This document shows positions 59,038-64,000 of a stretch of DNA of 64,000 bases, piece by piece. Location: positions 64,001 through 128,000 of the forward strand of contig CBDDDZ010000004.1 in NCBI GenBank assembly GCA_965226795.1, given 5' to 3'. This DNA is from Candidatus Latescibacterota bacterium (GTDB lineage Bacteria > Latescibacterota > UBA2968 > GCA-2709665). The notes under the pieces are model-generated. The model was not told the DNA's origin and did no database searches. It saw only the letters and a program-made list of their open reading frames with translations. Position numbers and translations under genes: made by a program. Position 1 is the stretch's first letter, and every line of letters starts with the position of its first letter.

Positions 59038-61053
59038 TCAGTCGCCGACGGAACGCCTCGCCGTTTTCGGTCCGTTGCCTGCCTGCGCCGAGCCGTGCTC
59101 GGCAGGCAGGTCGTCGATGTTGATCCACTTCAGGTACATGGGATTGGCCCACCAGTAGGCGCAGAATTTCAGCCCCTTCACGTAGGGCCTGACCAGAGCC
59201 GTGGCATTGGCGACGTGGAGCGGGAAATCCCAGCTGAATGCCTGCACCAGGCGGTGCACTTCGCGGTTGATCTCAGCCTGCCGGGACGGGTCCCGCGCGT
59301 GGTGCGCTTCCTGGCGCATCTCCTCCAGACGCCACCGGAGATCGCTGGCGTGCGACCACTGAAAATGGTATTGCCTGGCCTGGAGGAGCGTGACATTGAG
59401 AGCCTTCCAACACCAATCCGCATCCGCATCCGGTTCGTGGGCCGTCCGCAGGATCTCGTCCGCCGACCGCTGCCAACCGCTCATCGCCTCCGCTGCCTGC
59501 CGCCGCAGGTGCGGGCCGTGTCTTCCGTTTGCGAAAAGCGCCATCACCGAGTCTGCATACGCCGCGACCCGCCCGTGCATAGGCTGGAAGTCCTCGACAT
59601 TCTTTGCCCGATTGAGCTGAGTCATACCCGATCGGATCTGCACGATTCGGCGTTGCCCCGCCCACCAGGCGCCGTAGACTTCGGGATTGTCCGTCCACTG
59701 GACGTTTTCGATCCATTGCGTGCCGTAGATGGGGTTGGGCCACGGCGCCCCGGACGCCGCAAAGCACATCCCCGCATACCCGGTTGGGTTCAGGGAAACC
59801 CGCTTGTCGGCGTACACCCCCAGTTCCTGATTGTCGATCTTGAACCGAATGCCCAGGTTCTCTTCCAGCATGGCGGCAATCGCCACGAACTGCGAAACCA
59901 TCTCGGGCGCCAGGTACGACGGGATCAGAATCACCGATTCGGGAATGCCCTTGCCACCCGGATACCCCGCCTCAGACAGCAGCCGCCGGGCTTCGTCCAG
60001 GTCGAATCCCATCCCCAGTTCCGGATCCCAATCCGGCATAGCAGGCGTGGACAGCATATTCATCGGCGTCTCCCGCCCGAGAAAAATCGCCTCCACAATC
60101 CGGCGCTTGTCGAATCCGAGGGCGATCGCCCGCCGCACGCGGGCGTCCCAGTAAACCGGATTTTCGGAAAACAGGAATCTAACGTAGGAAAGCCCGCTCG
60201 TAGGCGTCCAGACCAGTTCACCGCTCAGCGCCGGATGGTGTTTGGCATAGTAGATATCGGCGATCGATTGCAGGAGTGCGAAGTCGATCTCGCCGCTCTG
60301 ATACCCCTCGAGGGGTCTGCCCGCGAATCGGCTGTAGATCCGCTCGAGATTGCCTCGCCGCAAGTTGTATTGCGGATTCGGTTCGAGGATGACATGGGAA
60401 TTGAGTTCCCACTCCACGATCCTGTACGGCCCGTTGCCCTGGTAGTTGGGCAGCTTGTGCCACGCGTCTCCATCTTTTTTAAGGGAGCCACGGTGGATCG
60501 GAAACATGCTTCCGGTGACCATTGCGTTCAAGAACGCGGGGTACGGCCTCGCCAGGCGGAACCGCAGGGTGTAGTCGTCCAGCACATCCACACCCACCTC
60601 CTCCTCTCGAGCGGCGCCGTTCCTGAAGTCCAGGGCCTTGATCACGTACTGCAACGGAGTGTCCCAGATCCACTTGCTCTCGCGACCCGGTTCCATCTGA
60701 TAGATGAACGCGGCCCTGTAGTCCCGTGCGGTCACTGTCGTGCCGTCGTACCAGCGGTTGTCCCGCCGCAGAACGAACGTATAGGACAGCCTGTCTTCGG
60801 ATACCTCCCAGCGCACGGCCTGGGCCGGAATCAGCCCTCCCTCCGGGCCCAGTTGAACCAGGCCCTCTTTCGTGCCCAGCGTGATCTGCGCGTACATCCC
60901 CCCCGTATACAGATAGCTGTTCAACGTGCTCAACGGCGGCCCGATGTACCGGATCTCCCTCGGGCGGTTGGCCAGCGCCGACGGACCGGAAAGCGCCCCG
61001 AAAAGCATCCCGCACAGTACAGCAGCGCGCCAGACCATGCTCCCAGGATTCAT
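59038..61053 (-). CDS. oppA: Family 5 ABC substrate-binding protein, OppA-like
   Basis: WEVSED..YTFVLR..WYDG..VTARD, GNGPY and DARVRRAI motifs; ATGA overlap with the upstream gene. Confidence 0.88.
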   Translation of the reverse strand: MNPGSMVWRAAVLCGMLFGALSGPSALANRPREIRYIGPPLSTLNSYLYTGGMYAQITLGTKEGLVQLGPEGGLIPAQAVRWEVSEDRLSYTFVLRRDNRWYDGTTVTARDYRAAFIYQMEPGRESKWIWDTPLQYVIKALDFRNGAAREEEVGVDVLDDYTLRFRLARPYPAFLNAMVTGSMFPIHRGSLKKDGDAWHKLPNYQGNGPYRIVEWELNSHVILEPNPQYNLRRGNLERIYSRFAGRPLEGYQSGEIDFALLQSIADIYYAKHHPALSGELVWTPTSGLSYVRFLFSENPVYWDARVRRAIALGFDKRRIVEAIFLGRETPMNMLSTPAMPDWDPELGMGFDLDEARRLLSEAGYPGGKGIPESVILIPSYLAPEMVSQFVAIAAMLEENLGIRFKIDNQELGVYADKRVSLNPTGYAGMCFAASGAPWPNPIYGTQWIENVQWTDNPEVYGAWWAGQRRIVQIRSGMTQLNRAKNVEDFQPMHGRVAAYADSVMALFANGRHGPHLRRQAAEAMSGWQRSADEILRTAHEPDADADWCWKALNVTLLQARQYHFQWSHASDLRWRLEEMRQEAHHARDPSRQAEINREVHRLVQAFSWDFPLHVANATALVRPYVKGLKFCAYWWANPMYLKWINIDDLPAEHGSAQAGNGPKTARRSVGD
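59078..59110 (-). repeat. 33-bp palindromic element inside the oppA coding sequence
   Basis: Exact reverse complement of 63059-63091. Confidence 0.9.
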
Positions 61054-62771
61054 CGACCCGACTCTCCTTCCCTTACGATGATCTCCCGATCGACCGCAGA
61101 GCTCCCGAGCCGATCCATCGTACCACCGGGCCATCGAACCTTGACAGAATCGACTGTTGCGTACTGACCGAGCCCGAAATGGAGACGGAAGTCGTTCTGG
61201 GACAGATAGCTTGATCCACTTTGAACCTCTCGGATCTGCCGGCGGCCACCGGCCCATACCGTCACGCGGGCACCGATGCCGTTGCGGTTGGACAGACGCG
61301 TGACGCCCTTTGAATGCTTCGGATGCTCCCGAGCGGCTCCGATCAGTTTCACCCTCAGCCAGCGGTTCCGGTTGCCGACCTCGTTTCTCAGGAGCCGCGC
61401 CGCGCCGTTCACCGTAAGAATGAAAACGTCTACGTCCCCGTCGTTGTCGTAATCCCCTAAGGCGGCGCCCCGGCTGGCGCCCGGCCTGGACAGATCGTCC
61501 TTCACGTCGCGGGTCACGTCGACGAACCGCCCGCCTCCTGTGTTACGGAACAGGATGGCGGGCTGTCGGTAGACGCTTCCCACGCGGTCTGCGTTGTCGA
61601 GCACGTGGCCGTGTACCATCAGAAGGTCGGACCAACCGTCGTTGTCGTAGTCCAGAAACCCGAGACCCCAGCCCACATGGGGAATCGTGGGGGTCCTGAT
61701 CCCGGATATCGAAGAAATGTCCGTAAAGAGTCCGTCCCCCTCGTTGCGGAAGAGCCCGGCGCCCTCAAGCCGGAAATTGGTTACGGCCAGGTCCATGCGG
61801 CCGTCCCGGTTAAAATCGCCGAAGTCCGCACCCATACTGGACTGCAGGTCGCCCGATCCGCTGTAGGCCACCCCAGACAGAAGACCCCTTTCCACAAAAC
61901 TTCCGTCGCCTCGATTCAGGTAGAGAAAATTGGGCGTCATATCGTTGGCCACGAAGATATCCACGGTTCCGTCGCCGTCGACGTCGCCGCACGACATCCC
62001 CATCCCCTTGCCCGCGGGATTAAAGACGCCCGCCCGGTCCGTCACGTCCGTAAACGTCCCATCCCCGTTGTTGCGATACAGGCGATCGGCCGCCCCCTTG
62101 AAGTTGTCGGGGTGGGGATAAAACCTGGCATCCACCGATGGACTCGCGGAACGGGAAGCGTAGGGCCTCAACCCGGTCTCCGGGGAGGAGATCGAGTAGG
62201 CGACGTAGTTGGCCACGTACAGATCCAGAAATCCATCCGCGTCGTAATCCAGGAAGGCGCATCCCACGCTCCAGGCGGAATCTCCGGAGACACCGGCCCG
62301 GTCCGCCACGCCCGTAAACGTCCCGTCTCCGTTGTTTTGGAACAGGCTGTTCGGCCCGTAGCACGTCACGTAGAGGTCGTCGTGCGCGTCGTTGTCGAAG
62401 TCGCCCACGCAGACGCCCATGCCGTAGGCCGTTTCTCCCACTCCCGCGAACCCCGTCACGTCGGAGAAGGCGCCCGCGCCGGCGTTCCGGTACAGCCGGT
62501 TCCTCGGGGGCGGTCCGGCATAGCCGGGCAACGCCCCTCCGTTGACGGCGAATACGTCCAGCCGGCCGTCGTTGTTGTAGTCCAGAAACGCGACCCCTGA
62601 TCCCATCGTCTCCACGAAATACTTCTTGCCCGTCCCCCCGTGGACGTGCCGGAATTCGATGCCTGATGACGCCGTAACGTCAACGAATCGCGGCGAATCC
62701 GCGTACAGCGCTGGGCCCCGAAGGATCAGGAGAAGCAATATGCCGTAAACTGCGTGGGTCGAATGGACCAT
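61050..62771 (-). CDS. CRTAC1-family protein (FG-GAP repeats plus ASPIC/UnbV); start uncertain
   Basis: ETMGSGVAFLDYNNDG, GDYDNDGD and SYLSQNDFRLHFGLG motifs. Confidence 0.9.
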   Translation of the reverse strand: MVHSTHAVYGILLLLILRGPALYADSPRFVDVTASSGIEFRHVHGGTGKKYFVETMGSGVAFLDYNNDGRLDVFAVNGGALPGYAGPPPRNRLYRNAGAGAFSDVTGFAGVGETAYGMGVCVGDFDNDAHDDLYVTCYGPNSLFQNNGDGTFTGVADRAGVSGDSAWSVGCAFLDYDADGFLDLYVANYVAYSISSPETGLRPYASRSASPSVDARFYPHPDNFKGAADRLYRNNGDGTFTDVTDRAGVFNPAGKGMGMSCGDVDGDGTVDIFVANDMTPNFLYLNRGDGSFVERGLLSGVAYSGSGDLQSSMGADFGDFNRDGRMDLAVTNFRLEGAGLFRNEGDGLFTDISSISGIRTPTIPHVGWGLGFLDYDNDGWSDLLMVHGHVLDNADRVGSVYRQPAILFRNTGGGRFVDVTRDVKDDLSRPGASRGAALGDYDNDGDVDVFILTVNGAARLLRNEVGNRNRWLRVKLIGAAREHPKHSKGVTRLSNRNGIGARVTVWAGGRRQIREVQSGSSYLSQNDFRLHFGLGQYATVDSVKVRWPGGTMDRLGSSAVDREIIVREGESGR

Positions 62772-62979
62772 ACGGAAGGAATGACGATTGAAACCTGTGG
62801 AGGCCGGCACGGCCGATATCGAACCAGCGTCCTGACCCGGAAATGTACCACCATTCGTCTGGGGGTTCATCCCGTCTCGTTGCGATATTTCGCTTGCGGA
62901 ATCGTCGACGCTGAGCATACCTGCATTGAGCTTGTCCAAATGTCGAAGCCCCCTCGTTTCGCTACACGTCAGCTCGAAT

Positions 62980-63237
62980 CTTCACCACCCCCAAACGTCC
63001 CCTATTCCCTTGCCCTTTTTCTTGCATCGCCCAAGAAAAAGGGCGAAAAAGAAGGGCGCCTGCCTGCCGAGCACGGCTCGGCGCAGGCAGGCCGCTCGGC
63101 GCGGAGCCGGTTTTTCCACGAATTTTCTCAGTGGCATAGACTTGCAATTGTGCCCTGCGTACGAATCCCGCCCCACGGTACTTCAATGCGGGACGGAATA
63201 GCGTGGAAAAACCCCCCACGCCACAACCGTGCGCTTG
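62980..63237 (+). repeat. Structured non-coding element, copy 2 (contains the 33-bp insert)
   Basis: Collinear with 17971-18197. Confidence 0.85.
63059..63091 (+). repeat. 33-bp palindromic element
   Basis: cctgcctgccgagcacggctcggcgcaggcagg; absent from the homologous site at 18049/18050. Confidence 0.9.
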
Positions 63238-63541
63238 AAAGGATCTCACAAGATTCGTTCCGATAGTGATGTCACAATTTAGAGCGCGGAATCCACGTCC
63301 GCCCGCATGGTGGGCGACCTGTTGTCCCGGCGGCTTATCCGGACAACAGGGGACGCCTGGTTCTGGCGTTCGAGGCTGATGGTGAGCGGAATGATTTTCG
63401 CCGCGAACAAAGGCCCCTTCCACCCGTAGGGGACGCTCGAGAGGCGAAGCGTTCTGAAAGGCGTTAGAAAAACATCCATACGACTCGTCGCCAGAAAGCC
63501 AATTGGGCTTGTTGGCGAGTCCTATCCGGAGGACTCCCAGA

Positions 63542-63726
63542 GCAGAGCGCGCTATTCCGTTGCGCAACGAATTGCGGTATCCACCTTCGCTTGCAGGGCA
63601 GCACATCATGTGCGTCCCGTGAGGTTATTCGCGCTGTGCATATGGCAGGCCCCGCGCCCAGCGGCGACTTTTGGTTCCTTTTGGTCGCTTCAAAAGGAAC
63701 CCGCCGGAGGCAGGGAAATTGGGGAG
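63542..63726 (-). repeat. Structured non-coding element, divergent copy 3 (inverted)
   Basis: Shares ordered motifs cgccgctNggcgcggggcc, gaatWacctcacggg, gctgccct and acggaatagcg with copies 1 and 2. Confidence 0.7.
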
Positions 63727-63801
63727 TAGTGGTAAGAACAATAAAAAATCGATATCGCCAGTCCGTATCGCTAACCGCCTTTTGCTGATCGTTGCCTGTC
63801 C

Positions 63802-63825
63802 CTTTGTGTCTTCGTGTCTCCGTGT
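63802..63825. repeat. Degenerate 8-bp tandem repeat
   Basis: ctttgtgt-cttcgtgt-ctccgtgt. Confidence 0.5.
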
Positions 63826-63872
63826 GAGCCGAATCTCGGCAATCCGGTTCCGGTACAGAACTCCACGTTTAC

Positions 63873-64000
63873 CTATGGAAACTGCGGAACCTGAACCCGC
63901 GCGCCCTGGGCAGCCGCCTGCTCGCCGCAGATCGCCGGCGCGCACGACCGCGCGGCCTGGACCGCGTCGATGAGTGGGCGGCGGTCGCGGACGATCGCGT
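63873..64000 (-). CDS. 3' end of a probable Gfo/Idh/MocA oxidoreductase (partial)
   Basis: AIVRDRRPLIDAVQAARSCAPAICGEQAAAQGARVQVPQFP* resembles the C-termini of the paralogs in this window. Confidence 0.6.
   Translation of the reverse strand, partial: AIVRDRRPLIDAVQAARSCAPAICGEQAAAQGARVQVPQFP

Noticed and set aside
59017..62600. Plus-strand ORFs of 716 aa and 331 aa
   Set aside because: Antisense to oppA and the CRTAC1-family gene; no motifs.
1..64000. rRNA, tRNA, CRISPR, integrase, prophage or recoded-stop genes
   Set aside because: None recognised by eye; split genes are explained by indels, not in-frame stops.

Overview
GC-rich bacterial window with no rRNA, tRNA or CRISPR array seen. 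Gene content suggests an FCB-superphylum organism such as Latescibacterota or a relative, possibly host-associated; this is inference from the EF-hand/dockerin-like C-terminal tails, the PorV/PorQ, GWxTD and TonB-dependent receptor genes, DUF6785-like proteins and secreted WD40 proteins. Layout: (1) 1-5 kb, amidohydrolases and deacetylase-like genes; (2) 5.2-15.2 kb, an accessory island with secreted cadherin-like and WD40 proteins, two broken toxin-antitoxin pairs and a complete 2748-bp IS1595-family element (23-bp IRs, 8-bp target duplication) carrying passenger ORFs and a candidate small RNA; (3) 18.4-47.2 kb, a ~29-kb minus-strand uptake/catabolism locus with a TBDR, a CTD-bearing protein, PorV, TPR-GWxTD, TonB, three BHMT-like methyltransferases (one lacking all three Zn cysteines), three Gfo/Idh/MocA oxidoreductases, two DUF6785-like transporters and a DegT aminotransferase; (4) 47.5-62.8 kb, a TPR protein, a double amidohydrolase and an Opp-type ABC system split by an antisense gene. 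The most notable non-coding signals are a three-copy, 180-260-nt structured element with compensatory base changes and a 33-bp palindrome that has inserted both into that element and in frame into a protein gene. All family assignments are by motif recognition only; no searches were run.
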